In this document: positions 51,423-60,240 of the stretch, piece by piece
Layout: each line of letters opens with the position of its first letter
How positions within the stretch are numbered: the stretch's first letter is position 1
NCBI GenBank assembly: GCA_934162665.1
Contig: CAKPJN010000005.1
Coordinates: 17,529 to 81,528 of the forward strand
Length of the DNA: 64,000 bases
Source: an uncultured Bacilli bacterium
GTDB lineage: Bacteria > Bacillota_I > Bacilli_A > RF39 > UBA660
Reading direction: 5' to 3'
The notes under the pieces: model-generated
The model's input: only the letters and a program-made list of their open reading frames with translations
The model's database searches: none
Told to the model about the DNA's origin: nothing
Program-made: the position numbers and the translations under genes

Positions 51423-52977
51423 TGTTGAAAGTAAGTTTCAAATCTATTCTTTTATCATCATATATAATAGCCCTATCTATTAAATTAACTATTAATTCTC
51501 TACTAAATTCTTTCATAGATAAAAACTGATTTATATATTCATCAATTAACTTATTTTTGGTAGTTTCATTAACTTTATCATTTGCTACATTAATTAACTC
51601 ACTATATCGTTTTTCTTTTATACTTAATTCATTTTCTAATTTAATCTTAACTCTATTAAATTGTTCTTCAGTTATTACCTTATTTAACTTATCAATATAA
51701 ATACTATCTAAATTATCATTTATTTGTTTTATCTCATTTTCCAGCAAAGTAATATTATTCTTTATATTAAGATTATTATCTTCACTAATATTTTCAATTG
51801 CTTGTTCTTTTATCCTTTTCTTATCAATATATTTTAAGCATAACTCTTTTAATGAATTTAAAATCACTTTTTCTAATTCATCATAATTATTAGAATGAGT
51901 TGTACATAGTTTTTGTTTCATATAAGTTCTGTAATAATTACAGATAGTATAACATCTATTATCTTTTTTTCTTCTTGCTTGTATTGAAATTCTATGACCA
52001 CAATCTCCACAATATAAAAGTCCATCTAATAAATGTGTTTCTTTTTTTTCGTTTCTACCAACATTTTTAGGTATTCTTTTTTGTACTTCAAAAAATGTAT
52101 CTTTATCAATAATTGGTTCATGAGTATTTTCTACAATTATATACTTTTTAGGATTGTTTCTAATAACCTTTTTAACTTTATAATTAACTTTACTTCTTCT
52201 ATTTTGTACCATATCGCCTATATACATTTGATTAGTTAAAATATCTCTAATTGTTTTAGAATGCCACTCCCCATATTTTAAATTATAATTATTTTTCCAC
52301 TCAAAGCTATAATACTGTGATGGTGTTTTAACTCCTTCTAAAGTTAATTGCTTCGCTATTTTAAAGTAAGATAACCCGCTTAAACACATATCAAATATTC
52401 TTCTAACAACAACTGCTTGTTCTTCAAAAATAACTAAATGATTTTTATCATCAGGATCTTGAATATATCCAAATGGAGTTCTTCCACCTACCCATTTTCC
52501 TTCTTTTTGTTTTGCTTTTAAACTAGACCTTATTTTCTTAGAAATATCTTTAGCATACATATCATTCATAATTGCTTTAAAAGGCGCAATATCATTATTA
52601 GTTCCATCTATAAATGTATCTATATTATCAGTAACAGCAATATACCTAATATTATGTTCTGGAAAGTACTTTTCTATATATCTTCCAGTTTCAATATAAT
52701 CACGACCTAAACGAGACATATCCTTAGTAATTACCATATTAATTTTACCAATTTCAATATCATGTATTAATCGATTAAAACCTGGTCTATCAAAACTTGT
52801 TCCGCTAAAACCATCATCTATATAAATATCTACTAATTTCAAATGATTCTCTTGTATATACTGAAGTAATAAACTTTTCTGATTTATAATACTTTGACTT
52901 TCACCAATCTTATCATCATCTTCACGAGATAATCTAATATAAATACCAACTAAATACTCTCTTATATCAAACTTCAA
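51415..52977 (-). CDS. Large serine recombinase (resolvase N-domain, recombinase domain, zinc ribbon and coiled coil)
   Basis: YIRLSREDD (catalytic Ser), ...GFSGTSFDRPGFNRL...MSRLGRDY, a Cys cluster (CGDCGH...C) and a C-terminal coiled coil. Confidence 0.85.
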   Translation of the reverse strand: MKFDIREYLVGIYIRLSREDDDKIGESQSIINQKSLLLQYIQENHLKLVDIYIDDGFSGTSFDRPGFNRLIHDIEIGKINMVITKDMSRLGRDYIETGRYIEKYFPEHNIRYIAVTDNIDTFIDGTNNDIAPFKAIMNDMYAKDISKKIRSSLKAKQKEGKWVGGRTPFGYIQDPDDKNHLVIFEEQAVVVRRIFDMCLSGLSYFKIAKQLTLEGVKTPSQYYSFEWKNNYNLKYGEWHSKTIRDILTNQMYIGDMVQNRRSKVNYKVKKVIRNNPKKYIIVENTHEPIIDKDTFFEVQKRIPKNVGRNEKKETHLLDGLLYCGDCGHRISIQARRKKDNRCYTICNYYRTYMKQKLCTTHSNNYDELEKVILNSLKELCLKYIDKKRIKEQAIENISEDNNLNIKNNITLLENEIKQINDNLDSIYIDKLNKVITEEQFNRVKIKLENELSIKEKRYSELINVANDKVNETTKNKLIDEYINQFLSMKEFSRELIVNLIDRAIIYDDKRIDLKLTFNIE

Positions 52978-53165
52978 GCATTATCACCTTTATCCTTTAA
53001 TGCCAAAGAACAAGATGTATAATTAAATTCCTGTAAATAAACCTTTAAACTTCTCTTTAAAACTTTTATTAAAATATCATTAATATCATTACAATCATTA
53101 TAAATAAAATTAATTTTATAATTTTTCATAATTTTATCACCTAATAAAACATATCCAAATATCAA
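52974..53165 (-). CDS. Hypothetical 63-aa protein, translationally coupled to the recombinase
   Basis: 4-nt overlap with the recombinase start. Confidence 0.35.
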   Translation of the reverse strand: MIFGYVLLGDKIMKNYKINFIYNDCNDINDILIKVLKRSLKVYLQEFNYTSCSLALKDKGDNA

Positions 53166-53192
53166 AAAAAAAGAACAAAAGTTATGCCTTGT

Positions 53193-53693
53193 TCATAATA
53201 ATTTATTAATATCTCTACTAGTAATAAAAATAACTTTATCTCCATATTTTATAAGTTCTTTTTTTACTTCATCTTTATTAACTATATCTTGATGCGCCCA
53301 ACAAATCATCTGAATTAATCCCTTAATAGTAGGCTTATAATTAAATTTCTCTAATCGTAATTTCTGCTTTACCCATCTTTTTACAACCCTATAATATATT
53401 TTATATTTATTTAAATCAATATAATAAATAATATCTGCATACTTTTTACCATCCTCAAAGATTTTTCTACCAACATCTTCTATTAACCAAGAATCATTAT
53501 TTATAATATCTAAAAACAGCTTATTTATTTCATCTACATTTCTCTTAACATTATTTAAATCATCATGAACAATTTTATCCAATTCATAATAACATAAATT
53601 GTATTTTTGAGATAATCTTTTACCCAATGTAGATTTACCACTACCAACTGGACCAATTATATAAATCTTTTTTACTTTTTCTAAAGAAGACAT
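53193..53693 (-). CDS. P-loop NTPase, adenylate-kinase-like (FlaR / topology-modulation protein family)
   Basis: Walker A IIGPVGSGKSTLGKRLSQKY. Size and layout match FlaR-like kinases. Confidence 0.55.
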   Translation of the reverse strand: MSSLEKVKKIYIIGPVGSGKSTLGKRLSQKYNLCYYELDKIVHDDLNNVKRNVDEINKLFLDIINNDSWLIEDVGRKIFEDGKKYADIIYYIDLNKYKIYYRVVKRWVKQKLRLEKFNYKPTIKGLIQMICWAHQDIVNKDEVKKELIKYGDKVIFITSRDINKLL

Positions 53694-54034
53694 ATCTCAA
53701 TACCAACTACTCCATATTTTTTCTGATCTTCTTTAGAGTAATATAATTCCATATCACAAGGGTCAGCTACTTCATCTTTATCATATCCCATAGACACTTT
53801 ATCAAAATGTTTATACAATTCATCAAAACTATCATATCTATGTAAAGAAACAACTTTAGTATTTACCTTTTCATTAGTAACTCTATTAGTAAACTGAATA
53901 ACATCACCAACTTTTATAAGTCTTCTTTTATCATCATTAAGTCTAAGTTCAATAGTTTTAGTTCCGCCTTTAATATTTTCAAACGGTTCTTTATGTAATC
54001 TCATTTCATGCATCACTTTCATCACCTCTTTCAT
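53681..54034 (-). CDS. ASCH-domain (PUA-like) protein
   Basis: MHEMRLHKEPFENIKGGTKTIELRLND...GDVIQF. Confidence 0.55.
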   Translation of the reverse strand: MKEVMKVMHEMRLHKEPFENIKGGTKTIELRLNDDKRRLIKVGDVIQFTNRVTNEKVNTKVVSLHRYDSFDELYKHFDKVSMGYDKDEVADPCDMELYYSKEDQKKYGVVGIEICLL

Positions 54035-54404
54035 AATTCCACAACCCTAACTTTCCCTTAATATAAATAGGTTTATCATACTTAACTACATTTTCTAATT
54101 TCCAAGCATAAGTTTCAACATGATTACTTCTTCCATATACTATAGGATCAATAGATCGTAACTCATCATTAAGTTCTTTATTTACTAATATACAATCAGT
54201 TAATAGAGCCTCACCTATAATTGCGCCTTTACTACATTCTAGATTATAATCCTTAAATCTTTCTAACATATCCTTTTCTAAACTCATTCCGGCATGAATC
54301 AAAATTTTTCCACGATAATTAGTTTTCCAACTTCTAAATTCATACTTTTTATAACCATCAATTATAAGTGTTGCCCAAGGTTCTTTAATGGTTAATGCTT
54401 TCAT
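54006..54404 (-). CDS. ASCH-domain (PUA-like) protein, second paralog
   Basis: ALTIKEPWATLIIDGYKKYEFRSW... Confidence 0.55.
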   Translation of the reverse strand: MKALTIKEPWATLIIDGYKKYEFRSWKTNYRGKILIHAGMSLEKDMLERFKDYNLECSKGAIIGEALLTDCILVNKELNDELRSIDPIVYGRSNHVETYAWKLENVVKYDKPIYIKGKLGLWNYERGDESDA

Positions 54405-54874
54405 AATAACACCTCACTTGCTTAATAATCATTTTAATTATTATATCATATAGATATCTTGAGAACAAAAGAATTAAAATAAGTTTTAATTCGTCTCAGT
54501 CGTTGCCTCCTAAGTTTCCTACTTCACAGATAAGGTAACCCTTATTCTCCATAGGCTTAAATTCCGATAGTCGCTACCGTACTCTTTTTTATTCCTTACT
54601 AACTTTGATAATGTATTTTAATTATTCATACACGGTATCTATAATTACATTGATATCTTATTTGTTTATATTCATACAATATTGGTATTATCTTGCTATT
54701 ATACTTAAATCACCTCCATCTTTACAAGAACAATTTTATTATATTTCTAAAACAATTGTTCGTCAATAGCATATGCTGCTTTTTATAAAAATAGGGAGAA
54801 CTTTCCTTATAAACAAAAAAGACATTCTTCATCAAAATGCCTTTTATTTCATACTTATTTTCTCTTATTTTTAT

Positions 54875-55117
54875 TTATCTAACTTGGTCTATCAAAAACT
54901 GACACTCTTGTGGTACTTCATGTACGATAGTTCTATGAACACATTTTTCTTGAACAGGTTCACTCATTGTACCACCCATCATACCTTGGCCTTGTTCCAT
55001 ACTAGCACTATTCATCATATTGATATCAACATTCATGTCATTATCAACAATATTATTGTTTCCTGTAACATTGGAATCAAATTGAATATTATTATTCATT
55101 CCTGGTTCAAACATCAT
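54875..55117 (-). CDS. Small Met/Asn/Gln-rich protein (80 aa) with a conserved-looking C-terminal block
   Basis: TAGGAGG RBS 8 nt upstream. C-terminus ...CVHRTIVHEVPQECQFLIDQVR. Confidence 0.4.
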   Translation of the reverse strand: MMFEPGMNNNIQFDSNVTGNNNIVDNDMNVDINMMNSASMEQGQGMMGGTMSEPVQEKCVHRTIVHEVPQECQFLIDQVR

Positions 55118-55179
55118 ATAAAAAACCTCCTATCTAATCTATATTATTCAAAAGATAGGAGATTGTTATATACTATTGC

Positions 55180-55737
55180 CTAATTATTTTTCTTATATTT
55201 CATTGGAAGATGTAAAAATTCATCTAGTCTATCAATATCATCACCTGAAATAAAATCATCTACAAAACTATCCAAATTATAATCATCATCATCAACAACA
55301 ACACTAGAAAAAGTAATTTGTTTATAATTTCTAAAATAATTTTTAAAATTCAATATCTTTTCTTTCTGTTTTTCTGTAACATATGAAGGTAAATAGAAAA
55401 TCCCAAGATGTCTTATATTTCCCTCTGACAAATCAAAATCATTAGTAACATCCTCAAATATTGCCATATTATATTGCTCTAACATTAAAAATAATAAACG
55501 CTTTTTATCAAAATTATATGGATCATCAACAATACTTTTTATAGCTAGATCATTAGAATAATACTTCTTTAAATAACTTTTTAAATAAACATAATTATCT
55601 AAACTTTCATTAACATCATTATTAGCTAAGACATAAACTTTACCATCTTGCTCGTTCATACCATTGAAAATAATAAATCTATTATTTTTAGAATTACTAA
55701 TCTCATGTGAAATTAAAACATCATTCATACCATTCAC
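55180..55737 (-). CDS. Hypothetical 185-aa acidic protein translationally coupled to ffh
   Basis: GAGGTG RBS inside the ffh 3' end, 2-nt spacing from the ffh stop. It sits where rpsP would be expected. Confidence 0.4.
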   Translation of the reverse strand: MNGMNDVLISHEISNSKNNRFIIFNGMNEQDGKVYVLANNDVNESLDNYVYLKSYLKKYYSNDLAIKSIVDDPYNFDKKRLLFLMLEQYNMAIFEDVTNDFDLSEGNIRHLGIFYLPSYVTEKQKEKILNFKNYFRNYKQITFSSVVVDDDDYNLDSFVDDFISGDDIDRLDEFLHLPMKYKKNN

Positions 55738-55739
55738 CT

Positions 55740-57056
55740 CTAAAAAGGTAACTTCATATTACCGTTACTCATTTGCTTCATCATTTTCTTCATTTGATCA
55801 AATTGTTGAAGAAGTCTATTAACCTCCTGTACAGAAGTACCACTACCACTAGCTATTCTTGTTTTTCTACTAGCTTTAATAATATCTGGATTTCTTCTTT
55901 CCTTAGGAGTCATAGATAATATAATTGCTTCTATATGAGCCATTTGTTTAGGATCTATTTTTACGTTAGTTAATCCCATTTTTTTAGCACCTGGAATTAA
56001 TTTAATTAAATTCTCAAGAGGTCCTAATTTTTTCATCTGCTTCATAGTAGATAAAAAATCTTCTAAATCAAATTTCCCTGTTTGCATCTTTTTAGCAGTC
56101 TTCTCTGCTTCTTTTTCATCAATCGCATCTTGAGCTTTTTCAACAAGTGAAACAATATCACCCATTCCTAAAATTCTACCAGCCATTCTCTCCGGATCAA
56201 AATAATCAATCCCATCTAATTTTTCTGAAACACCAATAAATTTAATAGGTACATTAGTTAAATGTCTAACTGAAAGTGCTACACCACCTCTAGTATCACC
56301 ATCAAGTTTAGTAAGAACAACTCCTGTAAGTGGAAGTTTATCATTAAAACCAGTAATTACATTAATTGCATCTTGACCCATCATAGAATCAATAACAAGT
56401 AATATTTCATCTGGAGAAACTGCTTCTCTAATATTTTCAAGCTCATCCATTAAAACAGTATCAATATGAAGTCTTCCAGCAGTATCTATTAAAACATAAT
56501 CATAATTATTTTCCTTAGCGTATTTTAAAGCATTATTACTAATCTCAACAGGATCATTATTACCTTCTGAATAAACCTCAATATTTAATTGCTTACCTAT
56601 CTGTTTTAACTGATCAATTGCCGCTGGTCTATAAACATCACAGGCAACTAATAAAGGTTTCTTAGAATGTTTTTTTCTAAGCAGATTAGCAAGTTTTCCA
56701 ATTGTCGTAGTTTTACCACTACCCTGTAATCCTACTAACATTAAGATTGCAGGATGTCCATTTAAATTTAGTGGAGCACTCTCCCCACCAAGTAATTCAA
56801 CTAACTCATCCTTAACAATCTTTACAAACAAGTCACCTGGATTAATACTAGATTGAACTTCTTCTCCGAGTGCCTTATCCTTAACTGTATTAGTAAATTC
56901 CTTTACTACCTTATAATTAACATCAGCTTCTAATAATGCGAGTCTAATTTCTCTCATCATATCAGAAATATTATCTTCAGTTATTTTTCCATAACCTTTA
57001 ATTTTATGTAAAGCGTTTTGTAAACGGTCTCCTAAACTTTCAAACATTAATATCAC
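55740..57056 (-). CDS. ffh: Signal recognition particle protein Ffh
   Basis: N domain, G domain with GLQGSGKTTT, DTAGR, TKLDG. M domain rich in Met. Confidence 0.9.
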   Translation of the reverse strand: MILMFESLGDRLQNALHKIKGYGKITEDNISDMMREIRLALLEADVNYKVVKEFTNTVKDKALGEEVQSSINPGDLFVKIVKDELVELLGGESAPLNLNGHPAILMLVGLQGSGKTTTIGKLANLLRKKHSKKPLLVACDVYRPAAIDQLKQIGKQLNIEVYSEGNNDPVEISNNALKYAKENNYDYVLIDTAGRLHIDTVLMDELENIREAVSPDEILLVIDSMMGQDAINVITGFNDKLPLTGVVLTKLDGDTRGGVALSVRHLTNVPIKFIGVSEKLDGIDYFDPERMAGRILGMGDIVSLVEKAQDAIDEKEAEKTAKKMQTGKFDLEDFLSTMKQMKKLGPLENLIKLIPGAKKMGLTNVKIDPKQMAHIEAIILSMTPKERRNPDIIKASRKTRIASGSGTSVQEVNRLLQQFDQMKKMMKQMSNGNMKLPF

Positions 57057-57112
57057 CTGTTAATATTATAACTAAAAAGAAAAAATATGTAAATGTAATT
57101 TTATAAAACAAA

Positions 57113-57136
57113 AATAGAGAAAATCTATTCTCTATT
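57113..57136 (-). terminator. Rho-independent terminator overlapping the HerA-like gene stop (aatagagaa/ttctctatt stem plus a U-run)
   Basis: 9-bp perfect stem with a 6-nt loop, followed on the minus strand by tttttgtttt. Confidence 0.55.
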
Positions 57137-59494
57137 ATTATCTAAAACAGTAAATAATGGCTGTCCACTATCAGTAGTTGGAATAGAATTATTCTCCATA
57201 GGTGGAACAATTCTAATAGTACCTTCTTCCAAAGCATTAACTTTATCCTCGATAGTAGGTACTAAAGAAGTTCTACTATTAGTAACTTCTAACTGATCAG
57301 GAATATCAACTGCATTCTTTGGAATATTTAACTCTCTATTATCAAGCTGACTAGACATATCTAAATTAAATGAAACTGGATTTAGGGAATCATTATAATT
57401 ATTAATATCAGGACTACTAGCATTATAATTATTAGTATTATCAACAGCTAAATTATCATTAGTAGTAGTTAAAGTAACTAACTTAGCCAATGTATCATCT
57501 ATTTTACTATTAGGTATATTAATATTAGCCTGACCATCATTAACATTATTACCTACATTAACAAATTGATTACTTGAAACCTGATTTTGATCAAATTTTG
57601 GTATATCTACACTAGTAAATTGTGGAACTACAACTTGTTGTTCATTAGTATTAATATTATTTTCTACTGAAGATATATTACCAACACTACTATTATTAGA
57701 AACATTATTAACACTACTGTTATTATCAGTATTAACTTTTTTATTTCCACTCCAAATAGTAACAACATCACAGTTACCACTCCATGGTGCTGGATTTGGC
57801 ATCTCTAATTTAACAATTAAAGGAATCCTAAACGCAGAACCAAAACCTAGGCAAGTACCAGACTGTAAAGTCTTTTGTTTTTCAACAATCTCATCACTAA
57901 TATTAGGAACCATTTTTCTAATATAATCAACATCTACAGGGTGATTCATCTTAAATATTAAAAAGTTTGAGCATTGTGATATAACTGTATCTGAAAGTTC
58001 AACTGGTCTTTGAGATATAAGTCCAAGAATAACTCCATATTTACGACCCTCTTTCGCAATTCGTTCAAATATATTATATCCAATTAAAAATCTATCTGTA
58101 TCATTTTGAATATATCTATGAGCTTCTTCAACTATTATATGAAATGGTATACTAGCTCTATCTTGAAGTCCTTTTGCAAACTCAAAAACAAGTCTCGAAA
58201 ATATTTTAGTAATAACTTTCGCAAAATCATCATCAACATCATCTAAATTAATATTAACAATTTGGTATTTTCGACCATTATCAATAAGCATAGATGATAA
58301 ATAAGCTTGTAATGAAATATAATCTGAAACATCAAAATACTTAGCACATGGACCAACAATCAATGAATGAAGTCTAACTTTTATAGTAACAGCGTCTCCA
58401 TATGTATTTTCATTACGTAACCAACCTTCACTAATTAAAGTAAAATTAAGTGCTTTTTCAAGTGTATCTAAAGTATAGAAAACACCACCTTTAGGTTCGT
58501 AATCATCAAATTCCTCATTAATAAAAGAAGATACATATTCAGTCAATAATACACTTTCAGAAAATTGACCATTATTATCAATTAAAAAACACTCTCTAAA
58601 TTTTCTTGTATATCCAATCCCTTGTACTGGTGCTTCTAAATTAAACTCAGGAGTTGAACAACTAGCTAAAATAGAAAAAATTTCATTTCTTTTATTAGGA
58701 GATGTCTCATTAGTATAAAGAATAGTCATAATGGCTTTAGCAATTAAATGATTCTTATATTTATTGGCATCAACATCACTTTGTGAAAAAATTAAAGCTA
58801 ATTTTAACATTCTCTCAATAATTGGAAGTTGCGAATGATTAGTAGCTTGTAATAATAAAGCTAAATCACTAGCGTTTAATAACCAAATAGGTACTCTCAA
58901 TTTTTCACCAATGCCATCACCTTCATTAGTACTATAAAAACGATAATGATAATTAGGGTTAATAGAATTTAAATTCTTAAAGGCATTATAATATTCACCA
59001 GATGAATCAAAAAGCAAAATATTAGATTTATATGGAAAAAGTCTTTCATCTTCAAACATATTCTGAAATATTCTAGAAATTCCACAACTCTTACCAGATC
59101 CACTATTACCAAAAATAGAGAAATGATTACTAAAGAAATTATTTACATCTAAATAAACAGGATAGTCATTATAGAAAGGACTTAAACCAAGTTTCATGTA
59201 TCCATCTTTATCTTCACCAACAATCATTGGAATCTCACTTTGATCAATAACTCTAATACTAGCATCTAAAGAAGGTTTTCTAATAACTCCACCAATTAGC
59301 TTACCATCAACAATTTCACCTAAAAATCTTGCCTTAACTATATCGCCATCTAAATCATCAACTTCACCTAAAACTTTTTTATCTCTATCCTCAAATATTA
59401 AATGTAAATTCATTAAATTAATCGCAATATCTTGATCATCTTTTAACTTTATATCAGCAGATTTATCGCTTATATATACAATTCTATCAAACAC
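57125..59494 (-). CDS. HerA/FtsK-like (DUF87) P-loop ATPase with N-terminal HAS-barrel-like region and a roughly 250-aa N/S/V-rich low-complexity C-terminal tail
   Basis: Walker A FGNSGSGKSCG, Walker B/DE box HIIVEEAHRY, ...LGLISQRP... arginine-finger region, all typical of HerA-type ATPases. The C-terminus (about residues 560-789) is low complexity. Confidence 0.6.
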   Translation of the reverse strand: MFDRIVYISDKSADIKLKDDQDIAINLMNLHLIFEDRDKKVLGEVDDLDGDIVKARFLGEIVDGKLIGGVIRKPSLDASIRVIDQSEIPMIVGEDKDGYMKLGLSPFYNDYPVYLDVNNFFSNHFSIFGNSGSGKSCGISRIFQNMFEDERLFPYKSNILLFDSSGEYYNAFKNLNSINPNYHYRFYSTNEGDGIGEKLRVPIWLLNASDLALLLQATNHSQLPIIERMLKLALIFSQSDVDANKYKNHLIAKAIMTILYTNETSPNKRNEIFSILASCSTPEFNLEAPVQGIGYTRKFRECFLIDNNGQFSESVLLTEYVSSFINEEFDDYEPKGGVFYTLDTLEKALNFTLISEGWLRNENTYGDAVTIKVRLHSLIVGPCAKYFDVSDYISLQAYLSSMLIDNGRKYQIVNINLDDVDDDFAKVITKIFSRLVFEFAKGLQDRASIPFHIIVEEAHRYIQNDTDRFLIGYNIFERIAKEGRKYGVILGLISQRPVELSDTVISQCSNFLIFKMNHPVDVDYIRKMVPNISDEIVEKQKTLQSGTCLGFGSAFRIPLIVKLEMPNPAPWSGNCDVVTIWSGNKKVNTDNNSSVNNVSNNSSVGNISSVENNINTNEQQVVVPQFTSVDIPKFDQNQVSSNQFVNVGNNVNDGQANINIPNSKIDDTLAKLVTLTTTNDNLAVDNTNNYNASSPDINNYNDSLNPVSFNLDMSSQLDNRELNIPKNAVDIPDQLEVTNSRTSLVPTIEDKVNALEEGTIRIVPPMENNSIPTTDSGQPLFTVLDNNRE

Positions 59495-59627
59495 ACTAGA
59501 ACCCTTCTTTCTATTCCCCTTATTCTAACTATTATTATATATTTAAATAATAACTTTTACAAGTAAATTTTATAGTATAAATACTATATAAAAATCAAAA
59601 TATATAAATTATAATTCCATATTTTAA

Positions 59628-59921
59628 TTAAATAATCTTTTCTAATTCTTCTTTTAATTTACTATCACTAATACTATCAATAATTACTTCTAATCTTTTC
59701 TTCTTATTATATAACTGTAATCTATCTTCATAATATTTTAACTTATTTGTAACAATACGAATTTGCCTAAATATCGCGTTACGACTAATACCATAATTAT
59801 CAGCCATTTCACCTAGACTTAAATCCCTAAAATAATAGTCTTCAAAATACATCCTTTGTTTATCAGTAAATAAATCACCATACAAATCATATAAGTCATT
59901 AAAATAAATAGTATCTTTCAT
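59628..59921 (-). CDS. ylxM: YlxM/UPF0122 putative HTH protein of the SRP operon
   Basis: LTDKQRMYFEDYYFRDLSLGEMADNYGISRNAIFRQI sigma-70 region-4-like HTH. Canonical position after ftsY. Confidence 0.75.
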   Translation of the reverse strand: MKDTIYFNDLYDLYGDLFTDKQRMYFEDYYFRDLSLGEMADNYGISRNAIFRQIRIVTNKLKYYEDRLQLYNKKKRLEVIIDSISDSKLKEELEKII

Positions 59922-60232
59922 TAAAACATAACCCCTAAAAAATTAAGTATAGAAATAATTAATATAATAACTCCCACTACTAAATACAAAATTGTAAAAT
60001 TAGCTCTTTTATAAACCATATGATTATTATAAGCCATTATAATTAAAGCAAGTCCTAAAGAAAGTAAAAACCATTTATTAAAATCACCATTAATAAAATA
60101 TAGAATACCAAATACAATAACTAATATAGTAAAGATAAATTGTAAAACTACAGGAAAAATATTATATTGATTAATTGTATTAACTTTTGAATTATTTTTT
60201 AATTGTTGTTTTGCTTCATTATTTTTTTTCAT
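59921..60232 (-). CDS. Small membrane protein (2-3 TM)
   Basis: Hydrophobic 103-aa ORF between ftsY and ylxM. Stop/start overlap with ylxM. Confidence 0.4.
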   Translation of the reverse strand: MKKNNEAKQQLKNNSKVNTINQYNIFPVVLQFIFTILVIVFGILYFINGDFNKWFLLSLGLALIIMAYNNHMVYKRANFTILYLVVGVIILIISILNFLGVMF

Positions 60233-60240
60233 TTTCTCAC

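Noticed and set aside
52033-52239. 68-aa plus ORF inside the serine recombinase
   Set aside because: Antisense shadow.
54480-54600. SRP (4.5S/scRNA), tmRNA or RNase P RNA in the GC-rich block near ffh
   Set aside because: I compared it by eye with the conserved SRP domain IV (GGUCCGGAAGGAAGCAGC), the tmRNA 3' end and RNase P P4 motifs and found no convincing match. It is kept only as an unassigned candidate RNA or att site.
54773-55183. 136-aa plus ORF
   Set aside because: It overlaps the RBS-supported minus-strand 80-aa gene on the opposite strand, and its product is low-complexity Ile/Phe/Tyr-rich.
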